Shown: one piece after another, positions 52,788-63,366 of the stretch
Numbering within the stretch: position 1 is the first letter of the stretch
How the letters are laid out: each line of letters starts with the position of its first letter
Assembly (NCBI GenBank): GCA_036273695.1
Contig: DASUHE010000066.1
Span: forward strand, 12,160 to 76,159
Reading direction: 5' to 3'
DNA: 64,000 bases
Source of the DNA: Gaiellaceae bacterium
Lineage (GTDB): Bacteria; Actinomycetota; Thermoleophilia; Gaiellales; Gaiellaceae
Made by a program: the position numbers and the translations under genes
Notes under the pieces: generated by a model
Seen by the model: only the letters and a program-made list of their open reading frames with translations
What the model was told of the DNA's origin: nothing
Databases searched by the model: none

Positions 52788-52798
<11 letters not shown>
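52268..52798 (-). CDS. hypothetical protein with degenerate polyprenyl-synthase-like helices
   Basis: LETIYEGYLVHYGRPRLF and ALLLGDYLYAHGV resemble the FARM-helix and GDxLxA regions of trans-IPPS but lack the Asp-rich motif. The start may be 52798 or 52774. Confidence 0.5.
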
Positions 52799-54037
<1,239 letters not shown>

Positions 54038-54047
<10 letters not shown>

Positions 54048-55000
54048 GCGGGGAGGTCGCGCGTCCAGTAGCTGACGATCAAGTCGGCGCCGGCTCGCTT
54101 GATCGCCGTGAGCGACTCGAGCGCGGCCGCGCGCTCGTCGAGCCAGCCTGCGCGGGCGGCCGCCTTCACCATCGCGTATTCGCCGGAGACGTTGTACGCG
54201 GCGAGCGGGGCCTGGAAGGTCTCCCGGGCGGCGCGGATCACGTCGAGGTACGGCAGCGCCGGCTTGATCATGATCGCGTCCGCTCCCTCCGCGAGATCGA
54301 TCTTGCACTCGCGGAGAGCCTCGCGGACGTTGGCCGGATCCATCTGGTAGCCGCGCCGGTCGCCGAACGACGGAGTGCTGTCGGCCGCCTCGCGGAACGG
54401 GCCGTAGAACGCGGACGCGTACTTCGCGGAGTAGGCGAGGATCGGTGTCGAGTCGTAGCCGTAGCCGTCGAGCGCCTCGCGAATCGCGCCGACGCGGCCG
54501 TCCATCATGTCGCTCGGCGCGACGATGTCCGCGCCGGCCTCCGCATGGCTGACCGCGGTCCGCGCGAGCAGCTCGAGGCTTCGGTCGTTGTCGACCTCGC
54601 CGTCGACGACGACCCCGCAATGGCCGTGCGACGTGTACTCGCAGAGGCAGACGTCGGTAAGCAGGACGAGCTCCGGGAAACGCGGCCGCAGCGCCCGCAA
54701 TGCCTGCTGGACGACGCCGTCGTCTTCCCAGGCGCCGGTCGCGTCTTCATCCTTCTCCGGCGGGATCCCGAACAGCATCAGGGCGCGCACGCCGGAGCCG
54801 GCGAGGGAGTCGACCTCGCGCAGGAGCCCTTCGAGGTCGTAGCGCGCCATCCCCGGCAGCTCCTCGTTCGCGAGCGGCTCGGGTGCGACGAAGAGCGGCA
54901 GCACGAACTGGTCGAGAGTGAGCCGCGTCTCGCGCACGAGCCCGCGCAGCGAGGCCGTGCGGCGGAAGCGCCTGAGCCGGATGATCGGGAACGAGCTCAC
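54038..55000 (-). CDS. hemB: porphobilinogen synthase (Zn-type)
   Basis: RLRRFRR, the Cys-rich Zn site DVCLCEYTSHGHCG and the Schiff-base lysine context IMIKPALPYLD are present. Confidence 0.9.
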
Positions 55001-55025
55001 GCCGGGATGGTACGCGGCCGGTGGC

Positions 55026-56231
55026 TCAGGCGGCCGGGGCCGGCGGCGTCTCGGGCACCGCCTCGCTCTCCTGCCTGGTCTCGACCCCGATCTCGCCGAG
55101 CGGCTCGTCGACGGTCCACTTCTGCAGCTCGATCCGCTCCGAGAAGAACTCCCACCCGGCGCGCCCGGCCGCGAGCAGCGGCAGCGAGACGAGGATCCCG
55201 GGGAAGCCGTAGATCTCGCCGCCCGCGAGCAGGCCGAAGATCACGAGCAGCGGATGGAGGCGGAGCGTCCGCCCCATCACCTTCGGCACGACGAGATGGC
55301 CCTCGAGCTGCTGGATGCCGAGGAAGAGGGCCGCGACCCAGAGCGCCGACAGCGGGTGCTGGACGAGCGCGTACAGGACCGCCGGGATCGCCCCGAGCCA
55401 CGGCCCGACGTACGGGATCAGCTCGGTCACGCCGGCCCAGGCGCCGAACGCCGCGGCATATCTCCCGCCGTGCGGCATCAGGCCCGCCATCCCGAGGATC
55501 CACAGCCCGAGTCCGACGCTGAGGCCGATGATCAACGAGAGCAGGAACTGCCCCTTGACGTAGCTCGCGACCGCCTGCTCCATCCGGACGATCAGGCCGC
55601 CGCGACCACGCGGCGGAAAGCGCCGGTCGACGGCTTCCGTCAGCCGTTGCATGTCGAGCAGCATGTAGATCGAGACGACGACGACGAGCAGCGCGTCGAA
55701 GAGGAGCGTGACGACCGTCAGCCCGGCTCCCTCGGCCCAGCGCAGGGCCTTGGACGTGTACTTCTGGACGTCCTTCGTCCCGACCTGGTTGAGGAACTTC
55801 TGGCCCTGGTGCTGGACGTGGACGCTGCTGAGATGGTTGTGGTCGAGCCAGCGCTGGAAGCGCGCGAGATCCTGCTCCGCGCCGGTGTGCGGCGGGTGTC
55901 CGGAATCGGTCGTAAAGTAATTGTCGACTCGGTGGGCGGCGCTGCGCGTCTGCTGCACGACCACCGTGGCGAGAGCGAGGATCGCCAGTGCGACGACTGC
56001 TGCAAAGGCGAGATAGACGAGCGCTACCGCCGGTCCGCGAGGGAGCCGGGCCCGACCCAGCCCGCGGACGAGGGGGTTCAGCAGCAACGCGATGAGCAGC
56101 GCCACGAGGAAGAGGAACAGGACGTGACGCACGGCTCCCGCCACCGTCCACGCGAGCAAGAGCAGCAGCGGCAGCAGCACGAGTTGCGCCCAACGCGGGA
56201 TCTGAATGGTCACCGGCGCAGGCGGCGGCAT
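55026..56231 (-). CDS. AI-2E family transporter (PerM/UPF0118)
   Basis: The protein is polytopic. The conserved C-terminal region is ELIPYVGPWLGAIPAVL ... LEGHLVVPKVMG. Confidence 0.85.
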   Translation of the reverse strand: MPPPAPVTIQIPRWAQLVLLPLLLLLAWTVAGAVRHVLFLFLVALLIALLLNPLVRGLGRARLPRGPAVALVYLAFAAVVALAILALATVVVQQTRSAAHRVDNYFTTDSGHPPHTGAEQDLARFQRWLDHNHLSSVHVQHQGQKFLNQVGTKDVQKYTSKALRWAEGAGLTVVTLLFDALLVVVVSIYMLLDMQRLTEAVDRRFPPRGRGGLIVRMEQAVASYVKGQFLLSLIIGLSVGLGLWILGMAGLMPHGGRYAAAFGAWAGVTELIPYVGPWLGAIPAVLYALVQHPLSALWVAALFLGIQQLEGHLVVPKVMGRTLRLHPLLVIFGLLAGGEIYGFPGILVSLPLLAAGRAGWEFFSERIELQKWTVDEPLGEIGVETRQESEAVPETPPAPAA

Positions 56232-56327
56232 GTGAGCGATCGTAACGCCGGCTCAGTACGGATCCGGGGAAATCTGGCACTTGACGTTTGGGCCGAACCG
56301 CTTTCGTCCGATAAGGTGCCGCGCGAC

Positions 56328-57092
56328 ATGCCGTCCTCACGCCCCAACGGGAGGCGGCGGGTCGAACGCCACCGCGCGCGCGCCGCGCGCCGGGCGCGTC
56401 GGATCGCGCTCCTGGTCGTTCTTTCCGCAGTCTTCCTCGTGGCCCTGGGCCTCACGGCTTTCGGTGCCTCGACGACGCCGACCGCGGCCGTCGTCCCGCG
56501 CCAGAGCCAGGCCAGCGTCGCGCAGACGCGCCCGGCCACCGAGATCGTGGCGGTTCGCGGCTCGCTCCATCTGCAGCTTCCGATCTCCCAGAGCCGCCTC
56601 ACTGCGATCGGCTACCACTCCGCCGCCGGCGCGCTCTCGCTCCATCCGATCGGGCACCAGGCGAACGAGGGCCTCGTGCAGCGGGTCGTGCACTCCGTCT
56701 TCGGCGGGGGAGGCGGCTCGCCGAAGTGGTACTCCCTCGGGGGCGGCGACGCGTCCGCGCTCGACGTCGGCGCGCCGATCGGCAGCGACGTCTACTCGCC
56801 GGTCGACGGCACGGTGGTGGCGATCCGGCCGTTCGTGGTCGAAGGCCGGACCTACGGCTCCGAGATCGACATCCAGCCGCAGACCGCGCCCTCCGCCGTC
56901 GTCGCCGTCACGCAGCTCGTCTCCGACCCGGCGCTCACGGTCGGCACTCCGGTCGTCTCCGGCGCGACGAAGCTCGGCCGCGTGGCCGACCTCGCTCGCG
57001 TCGAGCAGCAGGCCCTCGCGCGCTACACGAACGACGCCGGGAACCACGTGACGGTCGAGGTCCGCTCGGCTCCGGCTCTCGCCACCGGCTAG
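56328..57092 (+). CDS. membrane-anchored LytM/M23-like domain protein (possibly degenerate)
   Basis: ATG at 56328. A TM anchor is followed by VGAPIGSDVYSPVDGTVVAI and GNHVTVE, resembling the M23 beta-barrel. The catalytic His pattern is incomplete. Confidence 0.45.
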   Translation: MPSSRPNGRRRVERHRARAARRARRIALLVVLSAVFLVALGLTAFGASTTPTAAVVPRQSQASVAQTRPATEIVAVRGSLHLQLPISQSRLTAIGYHSAAGALSLHPIGHQANEGLVQRVVHSVFGGGGGSPKWYSLGGGDASALDVGAPIGSDVYSPVDGTVVAIRPFVVEGRTYGSEIDIQPQTAPSAVVAVTQLVSDPALTVGTPVVSGATKLGRVADLARVEQQALARYTNDAGNHVTVEVRSAPALATG

Positions 57093-57096
57093 AGAG

Positions 57097-57873
57097 GTGA
57101 AGATCCTCTTTCTCGCGGACGTCTTCGGCGTCCCCGGCCGCCGTGCGGTCGAGGAGCACCTGCCGGCGTTGCGCGAGCGCTACGACGCCGACCTCGCGAT
57201 CGTGAACGGCGAGAACGCGGCCGACGGCGCGGGGATCACGGGGAAGCTCGCCGACAAGCTGCTCGCCGCCGGAGCCGACGTCGTCACCCTCGGCAACCAC
57301 ACGTATCGCCGCGGCGGGGTCGCGTCCTATCTCGCCGCGAGCGAGCGCGTGATCCGGCCGGCGAACGCCGGCGCCGAGGCGCCCGGCCGCGGCCTGGCGG
57401 TGGTCGAGGCGCGGAACGGCGTCTCCGTCGCCGTGCTCAACCTGCTGGGCCAGCTCTTCCTGCCGACGCCGGTCTCGCCCTGGGAGCTGGTGGACCCGCT
57501 CGTCGAGGAGGCGCGCGCGGCGGCGCCGATCGTGATCGTCGACTTCCATGCCGAGGCGACGAGCGAGAAGATCGCGCTCGCGACCTGGCTCGACGGCCGG
57601 GTCACCGCGGTGATCGGCACGCACACGCACGTCCAGACGAACGACGCGCGTGTCCTGCCCGGCGGCACGGCGGCTCTCACCGACGCCGGGATGACCGGGC
57701 CGCACGACTCGGTGATCGGCGTCCGCTCCGAGCTCGCGATCGCCCGGATGCGAACGCCGCTACCCGTCCGCTTCGAGCCGGCCGAAGGCGACGTGCGGCT
57801 CGAGGGCGCCCTCGTCACGTGCACCGACACGGGACGGGCCGAGGCGATCGAGCTCGTCCGCGTCCCCGCCTGA
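57097..57873 (+). CDS. YmdB-like (TIGR00282) metallophosphoesterase
   Basis: GTG start. MKILFLADVFGVPGR ... IVNGENAADGAGIT ... TLGNHT ... DFHAEATSEK ... GTHTHVQT are present. Confidence 0.85.
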   Translation: MKILFLADVFGVPGRRAVEEHLPALRERYDADLAIVNGENAADGAGITGKLADKLLAAGADVVTLGNHTYRRGGVASYLAASERVIRPANAGAEAPGRGLAVVEARNGVSVAVLNLLGQLFLPTPVSPWELVDPLVEEARAAAPIVIVDFHAEATSEKIALATWLDGRVTAVIGTHTHVQTNDARVLPGGTAALTDAGMTGPHDSVIGVRSELAIARMRTPLPVRFEPAEGDVRLEGALVTCTDTGRAEAIELVRVPA

Positions 57874-59640
57874 GACGGTCACGAGCCGGCTAAGTGGCAA
57901 AGCCGGCGCCAGCAGGGCCAGCGCGGCGAAGGGATAGAACCACGGGATGTACGTGTAGAGCCAGTACGTCACGACGAGCTCGAAGCCGGCGAGCAGCGCA
58001 CCGGTGAACGCCGCGAGCTGCAGCGGCGACTTCCGACGCGGGAAGAACGCGACGGCGACCGCACCAAGCAGAAGGCCGACCTGCAGGACCCGCTGGACGA
58101 GATGGAGATCGGGCAGACCGCGGGCGTGGTACTGGCCCCAGTCCCAGAGCGACCATGGCGCCGCGCGGCCGATCTGGAAGCCGACCGTCCGCGACCAGAA
58201 GACGTGCGCCTCGTGGAACGGGTCGTGCGCGAAGAGGAGGATCGAGAAGGCCGCGACCGTCGCCGCGAGGAACCCCCAGGCGAAGCCCCTGCTCGGCCTG
58301 CGGCCGGGATACGTGAGCCACAGGGGCGCGATCAGCAAGGACGCGAACTTCGTCCAGCCCGAGAGCGCCGCGAGGAAGCCGCGGGCCGCCGGCCGCGAGA
58401 CGAGCCAGAAGCCCCAGACGAGGAGGCACGGCATGATCGCGTCGTTCGTATTCGAGTTCGAGACGTACTGGGTGAACGGATACGCCGCCCAGGCGAACGC
58501 GAGCACCGCGCCGAGCCGCTGGCCGCCGAAACGGAGCCCGACGAGAAAGAGACCGAGCAGCGTGAGCAGGTCGAACGCGATCGAGGTGAAGTGCGCCGCC
58601 GGCAGGTCGTCCCACTTCCCGGTCCACCCGAGCAGGAGCCGGCCGGGAATGTACGACTCGTACGCCACCGGTCCGTACGTGTCGCCCTCGGGATTCGCGG
58701 CCTCGCAGCGCCCGTTCGTCTGGATCCGCTCGCGGATCTCGCCGGAGGCGTCGGCGCTGGCGCCCGGGCACGGCTTCAGCGATTTGCCGCTCGGCAGCGT
58801 CTCGACGGGGAAGTTCCCCCACGGAGCTTGCCCCCGGACGATCCGGTCGGCGCCGATCACGCCCGAGTAGCCGACGTCGATCACGTTCGACCGCTCGACG
58901 TTGAGTCCGACGCGAAAGCCGACGAGGAAGATCGTCGCGGCCAGCAGCACCCAGATGGGCCAGCGCGGCGCTCCCGGCGTGCCGCGGTTGCGAAGGCCGA
59001 TCCACGTCCCACGCAGCACGACCCACGCAAGTAGCGGATAGAAGAGCGGCACCGCAGTGAAGACGTCGCCGTGGTTGAAGTACCAGAGCGAGGCCGTCGG
59101 CGAGAGCAGGAAGAGCAGATCGAGGTTGCGGAGCGACAACGGCCGGCGCCAGTCCCCCAGCCCCAGCAGGAAGACGGCGCAGAACGCTCCCCAGATCCAA
59201 GGATTGTTGATCGCGGTACCGCCGAACGCGCCGGGCGAGCCGCGCGCCATCCCCCAGGCCACCTGAGGCCCCGTCCACGCCTCGGTCACCGCGCTCGTCG
59301 CGTCGACCACCGTGCCCTCGGCGATCTCGCCGGCGGCACCCCACCAGATCTTCACGGTCCAGGCGCCGGCCTTCGAGTCGAAGGTGACCTCGTGGCTGCG
59401 ACCCGAGCGTGGGTAGCGCGAAAGCCAGGCGGCGACCTTCGGATCGCGCTCGAACACCTGCAGCGCCTTCTTCTGCGTGAGGGCCCGCTTCGGTCCCGGC
59501 GGGACGAACGGCGTCTGGACGAGATGTCCCTTCCCGTCGTAGGTGGGGCCGGTCGTGGCCGCGCGCGTCGAGGCGAGCGCCGCCGGGACGAGGAAGGCGG
59601 CGACGAGCGTGGCGAGGGCGGCGGCGAGGAGACCCCTCAC
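57760..59640 (-). CDS. large polytopic membrane protein, glycosyltransferase-C-like (ArnT/PMT/DUF2029-like) with N-terminal extracytoplasmic domain
   Basis: GTG at 59640 gives VRGLLAAALATLVAAFLVPAALA (signal). There are more than 10 TM helices. It neighbours GtrA. The 3' end overlaps the convergent ymdB-like gene by 114 nt. Confidence 0.5.
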   Translation of the reverse strand: MRGLLAAALATLVAAFLVPAALASTRAATTGPTYDGKGHLVQTPFVPPGPKRALTQKKALQVFERDPKVAAWLSRYPRSGRSHEVTFDSKAGAWTVKIWWGAAGEIAEGTVVDATSAVTEAWTGPQVAWGMARGSPGAFGGTAINNPWIWGAFCAVFLLGLGDWRRPLSLRNLDLLFLLSPTASLWYFNHGDVFTAVPLFYPLLAWVVLRGTWIGLRNRGTPGAPRWPIWVLLAATIFLVGFRVGLNVERSNVIDVGYSGVIGADRIVRGQAPWGNFPVETLPSGKSLKPCPGASADASGEIRERIQTNGRCEAANPEGDTYGPVAYESYIPGRLLLGWTGKWDDLPAAHFTSIAFDLLTLLGLFLVGLRFGGQRLGAVLAFAWAAYPFTQYVSNSNTNDAIMPCLLVWGFWLVSRPAARGFLAALSGWTKFASLLIAPLWLTYPGRRPSRGFAWGFLAATVAAFSILLFAHDPFHEAHVFWSRTVGFQIGRAAPWSLWDWGQYHARGLPDLHLVQRVLQVGLLLGAVAVAFFPRRKSPLQLAAFTGALLAGFELVVTYWLYTYIPWFYPFAALALLAPALPLSRLVTVSGGDADELDRLGPSRVGARDEGALEPHVAFGRLEADG

Positions 59641-59654
59641 CCGAGCCAGGCTAC

Positions 59655-60062
59655 TTATGGCTTCGCCAGGCGGAACGACCAGAGCTTGTTCCCGATGAAG
59701 TTGAGCGGCATCACGACGACGATCGCGATGGCCTGCGAGGCGAGCTTGCCGAACCCTCCGTACGCGATCAGCAGGTGGAGCACGACGAGGTTTGCCCCGA
59801 GGGCGGCGAGCGAGACGAGGAAGAAGCGCATTCCCTGGACGCCGAAGTGGCCGCGGTGCTCCCGGAACGTCCAGAGCCGGTTCCACGTGTAGTTGCTCGT
59901 GACGGCGACGAGAAACGAGCAGGTCGCGGCGACGAGATAGTGGAGCCGCTCGTGGAGCAGCGCGTCGTAGACGGCGAGATTGAGCAGGTAGCCCACCGCG
60001 CCGACCGCGCAGAACTTGCCGAGCTGTTGCCAGTTGCGGACCGAGAAGAGCGACTCGAGCAT
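59655..60062 (-). CDS. GtrA family membrane protein
   Basis: MLESLFSVRNWQQLGKFCAVGAVGYLLNLAVY ... NYTWNRLWTF is the four-TM GtrA pattern. An alternative upstream ATG at 60152 has poorer third-position GC. Confidence 0.75.
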   Translation of the reverse strand: MLESLFSVRNWQQLGKFCAVGAVGYLLNLAVYDALLHERLHYLVAATCSFLVAVTSNYTWNRLWTFREHRGHFGVQGMRFFLVSLAALGANLVVLHLLIAYGGFGKLASQAIAIVVVMPLNFIGNKLWSFRLAKP

Positions 60063-60135
60063 CCGCGGCCGCTGAGATTCGAGAGTGGCGGCGCGACGCT
60101 CCACGGTCGTCCGCGAGAGTAGCGCCTCACCGGTC

Positions 60136-60576
60136 TCAGGCCGTGGAGACATGCTCGGCTCCGGGTGTCCCGCTCGGCGGGCCGACCTTGCGGGCGTCGT
60201 CCTCCGAGTGCACCACGAGCGACTCGACGGTGCCGTCGGCGCGGAGGAGGACGTCGCGGAGCTCGCCGAGCTCCGACGCGCCGTTAGCGACGGGATGACC
60301 GAGGAGCGCTCGCAGCGACCGGCAGCGATCGCGGTAGAAGTCGAGGTTCTCGAGCAGCAGGAAGGCCGACGGAACCTCGATCGCGTCGTCGCGCACGTCT
60401 CCCGCAGCGAAGACGAAGAAGCGAAGGCTCTCGTCGCCGCAGAGCACGACGAAGCCGAGCGCACGCCACTCCGCGGAGTCGAACAGGAGGTCGACCGGAC
60501 GGCCGAGGCGGATTCCGTGGAGCCGAATCGGGAGTTGGAGCAGCTCTGTGGCGGACCTCGTCCCCATTCGCTCCAT
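60136..60576 (-). CDS. PRC-barrel-like domain protein
   Basis: LLQLPIRLHGIRLGRPVDLLFDSAEWRALGFVVLCGD fits the PRC-barrel pattern loosely. Confidence 0.45.
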   Translation of the reverse strand: MERMGTRSATELLQLPIRLHGIRLGRPVDLLFDSAEWRALGFVVLCGDESLRFFVFAAGDVRDDAIEVPSAFLLLENLDFYRDRCRSLRALLGHPVANGASELGELRDVLLRADGTVESLVVHSEDDARKVGPPSGTPGAEHVSTA

Positions 60577-60611
60577 CGTTTCTGACCGCTCGACCGACGA
60601 CGAAAACGCCG

Positions 60612-61241
60612 CTACCGGCCCGCCACCAGGGGGACGAAGCGGCACGGGACGGTCCGGAGCACGGCCGGGCCCTCGGGTGTTCGCACCACCATCTCGAGCC
60701 ACTGTCCGTCCGAGCCGCCGACCGGGACGACGAGGCGGCCGCGCGGCCCGAGCTGCTCGTAGAGCGCGGGCGGCGCCTCGAGCGCCGCGGCGGCGACCGC
60801 GATGGCGGCGAACGGCGCGTGCTCCGGGACGCCGAGCGTGCCGTCGCCGGCGTGGAGCTGGACGCGGTCGCCGTACCCCGCCGCGGCGAGATTCGCGCGT
60901 GCGCGCTCGGCGAGCTCGGGGATCCGCTCGATCGTGTGCACCTCGCCCGCGAGCTCGGCGAGCACCGCGGCCTGGTAGCCGGATCCCGTGCCGACGTCGA
61001 GGACCCGCTCGGTTTCGTGCAGCGCGAGCTGCTCGCAGATGAGCGCGACCATGTACGGCTGGGAGATCGTCTGTCCGCCGCCGATCGGCAGCGCGGCGTC
61101 GGCGTACGCGCCCTCGCGCTGCTGCTCGGAGACGAAGAGCTCCCGCGGCACGCGGCCCATAGCGTCGAGGACGCGCTCGTCGTCGATGCCGCGGCGGCGC
61201 AGCTGCCACTCGACCATCCGCGCGCGCTCGTCAGCCGACAC
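60612..61241 (-). CDS. pcm: protein-L-isoaspartate O-methyltransferase
   Basis: QTISQPYMVA and VLDVGTGSGYQAAVLA are present. The start is a GTG at 61241, or the downstream ATG at MVEWQL. Confidence 0.85.
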   Translation of the reverse strand: MSADERARMVEWQLRRRGIDDERVLDAMGRVPRELFVSEQQREGAYADAALPIGGGQTISQPYMVALICEQLALHETERVLDVGTGSGYQAAVLAELAGEVHTIERIPELAERARANLAAAGYGDRVQLHAGDGTLGVPEHAPFAAIAVAAAALEAPPALYEQLGPRGRLVVPVGGSDGQWLEMVVRTPEGPAVLRTVPCRFVPLVAGR

Positions 61242-62550
61242 CGGCGAGCGCCTCCATCGCGGGCGGCACCTCGACGCCGAAGTGAGCGAGCACGGCAGGA
61301 GCCACGTCGGTGATCCGGCGCAGCTCGGCCGCGACCCCGACGGTGACGAGCGGGACGAGGGAGTCGCCCGCGACGAGCGAGCCGTGGCTGCCGCCGCCCG
61401 CGTGATGCCGGCCGCCGAGATCGGTGAGCTCCCAGCCCTCGGCGGCCGAGACGAGCAGCTCGCCCGCGTTCGGATTCGCAAGCGCCGAGCGCGCGCGCCA
61501 CGCGGCGTCCGGGTCGTCGAGCTTCTCGACGGACGCGTCCGCGCCGTCGCGGCGCGCGATCACGTCGCCTCCTTCGCGGCGCAGCGTGACCTCGACGGCC
61601 GGAAAGCCGTCGAGGCGTTGCGCGAGCTCTGCGGCGTCGGTCCTCGCGTCGGGGCGAAGGTAGACCTGCCCTGCGCGATTCGAGGCGGCCACAACGACCT
61701 CGTGGGCGAGCTCGGCAAACGGCTCCTCGAGCCGCGCCGCCCGTACGACCGGCGTCTGGCCGTGATCGGAGAGGAGCACGACGGCGTAGCGGTCGAGGAA
61801 CTCGTCCGCTCCACCGGCGGCCTCGAAGAGCGCGCCGACGGCGGCGTCGGACTGCTCGAGCGCACGCTCGGCCTCCTCGCCGTCCGGTCCCGACGCGTGC
61901 GACGCGAAGTCGTAGCCGGAGAGGTAGTACGCGAAGAAGTCGAAGCCGTCGCGCGTGACGAGCCAGCGGCCGACCGCGGCCGCGTACGCGTCGACAGAGC
62001 CGCCGCGGCGGTTCCGGACGGCGAACGGGGCGCCCGTCCGGTCCGACTCGAACAGGCCGTAGTAGAAGAAGCGGCGCGGCCCCGAGGCGGCGCGGCTCAG
62101 ACCCGGAACGGTCGGCAGGTATCGGTACGGCCCGCGGTAGCACGTGATGTTGACCGCGGCGGTGACCAGGCCGGCGGCGTCGAGCGCCTCGTAGACCGTC
62201 ACCGCCTCGCGCGAGAGGTGCCTCGCGTTCATGTCGTAGATCGTGTCGACGAGCGACTGCGAGAGCCCGGCGGCGCGGATCGCCGGGAAGGACGAGCCGT
62301 ACTCCACGATCCGGCGTTCGTCGCGGTTCCACCAGACAAGCGATGGGACGTGGTGCACGCCGGGGCCGGCTCCCGTGACGATCGAGGAGATGCAGACCGG
62401 CGTCAGCGACGGGAAGACCGAGGTGGCGACCCGGTAGTCGCCCTGCTCGGCGAGGAGGGCCAGCGCGGGCGCTCGACCCTCGCCGATTGCCCGCTCGAAC
62501 GCCGCCGGGGTCAGCCCGTCGACGACGATCAGCACGAGCTTCTTGGGCAT
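61231..62550 (-). CDS. alkaline-phosphatase superfamily enzyme (type I phosphodiesterase/nucleotide pyrophosphatase-like)
   Basis: The metal/nucleophile region is LIVVDGLTPAAF ... FPSLTPVCISSIVTG. HGQ and GGSHGS occur later. Confidence 0.75.
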   Translation of the reverse strand: MPKKLVLIVVDGLTPAAFERAIGEGRAPALALLAEQGDYRVATSVFPSLTPVCISSIVTGAGPGVHHVPSLVWWNRDERRIVEYGSSFPAIRAAGLSQSLVDTIYDMNARHLSREAVTVYEALDAAGLVTAAVNITCYRGPYRYLPTVPGLSRAASGPRRFFYYGLFESDRTGAPFAVRNRRGGSVDAYAAAVGRWLVTRDGFDFFAYYLSGYDFASHASGPDGEEAERALEQSDAAVGALFEAAGGADEFLDRYAVVLLSDHGQTPVVRAARLEEPFAELAHEVVVAASNRAGQVYLRPDARTDAAELAQRLDGFPAVEVTLRREGGDVIARRDGADASVEKLDDPDAAWRARSALANPNAGELLVSAAEGWELTDLGGRHHAGGGSHGSLVAGDSLVPLVTVGVAAELRRITDVAPAVLAHFGVEVPPAMEALAGVG

Positions 62551-62556
62551 GCGGGG

Positions 62557-62994
62557 CTACTCGTCTCGCGCGAGCGTTCGCAAACCGGCGTACCGCTCGG
62601 GGCGTGCCCGCCGGAGCCGCGTCGCCAGAGCCGGCAGCGCGACGGCCTCGAGGTAGCCTGCCGCCGGGATCCAGGCGGCCGCCGCGACGACGACGGCCGC
62701 GCCGCCGACCAGCAGCGCCGTCCCGCCGCGTGTCCCGCCGCGCCGCAGCGCACCGCCGACGACCTGTGCTGCGCCGACCAGGCCGAGCAGTCCTCCGGCC
62801 GCTCCGGCAGCGACGTCTCCCCAGCCGCCCGGCTGCCACTCGTCGATCCCGAAGCCGACGGCCGCGCCCCCGAGCGCCGCAGCCGCCGCGGCCGCGAGAA
62901 GGACGCTCCGGGCGGCGCCGACGGCACCCGCCACGAGAACTCCGACGCCGGCGCCGAGGCCTGCGCTGACACCGATCCAGTACCACGAACCCAT
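62557..62994 (-). CDS. Gly/Ala-rich membrane protein, unknown function
   Basis: ATG at 62994 gives MGSWYWIGVSAGLGAGVGVLVAG. There are four hydrophobic segments. The remainder of the tracked 478-aa ORF is shadow. Confidence 0.45.
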   Translation of the reverse strand: MGSWYWIGVSAGLGAGVGVLVAGAVGAARSVLLAAAAAAALGGAAVGFGIDEWQPGGWGDVAAGAAGGLLGLVGAAQVVGGALRRGGTRGGTALLVGGAAVVVAAAAWIPAAGYLEAVALPALATRLRRARPERYAGLRTLARDE

Positions 62995-63060
62995 GCCCGA
63001 ACCGTAACCGCGCGCGGGTCTCGGTCGTTGTTTGCGCGAGACCCCGTCAGGAGGTTGCGC

Positions 63061-63366
63061 GTGCCCGCCGAATGCCCCCAGCTCGTCTTTTTCACCTCCC
63101 ACCGCTCGGGCCCGGCCCGGCGGATGGAGAGTCTGCTCGCGCACATCGCCCGCAAGGAACGGGGCCGGCTGCGCGTGAGGAAGGTCGACATCGACGACCG
63201 CCCCGATCTCGCCGAGCGCTTCCGCGTCGACCAGGTGCCCGCGCTGGCGCTCGTGGTGGAACGGCGCGTGGTCTCGCGGCTCGACGGCCGCGCGACGGCG
63301 CCGCGGATCGAGTCGATGCTCGAGCCGCACCTCCCCGAGGGGGAGTCGGCCGAAGCCGTCGCCTAG
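63061..63366 (+). CDS. thioredoxin-fold protein lacking the CxxC motif
   Basis: The GTG is preceded by AGGAGG. LVFFTSHRSGPARRM sits where thioredoxins carry WCGPC, and VPALALV is present (cis-Pro region). Confidence 0.55.
   Translation: MPAECPQLVFFTSHRSGPARRMESLLAHIARKERGRLRVRKVDIDDRPDLAERFRVDQVPALALVVERRVVSRLDGRATAPRIESMLEPHLPEGESAEAVA

Noticed and set aside
54918-56327. N-terminal 470 codons of ORF 54918..57092
   Set aside because: This part is Arg/Asp/Glu-rich shadow antisense to the AI-2E transporter gene. The real gene starts at the ATG at 56328, with a TM anchor.
60063-60152. Longer GtrA start at the ATG at 60152
   Set aside because: Third-position GC in the extra 30 codons is clearly lower than in the confirmed coding sequence. 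The extension would also overlap the upstream PRC-barrel-like gene. It is kept as an alternative only.
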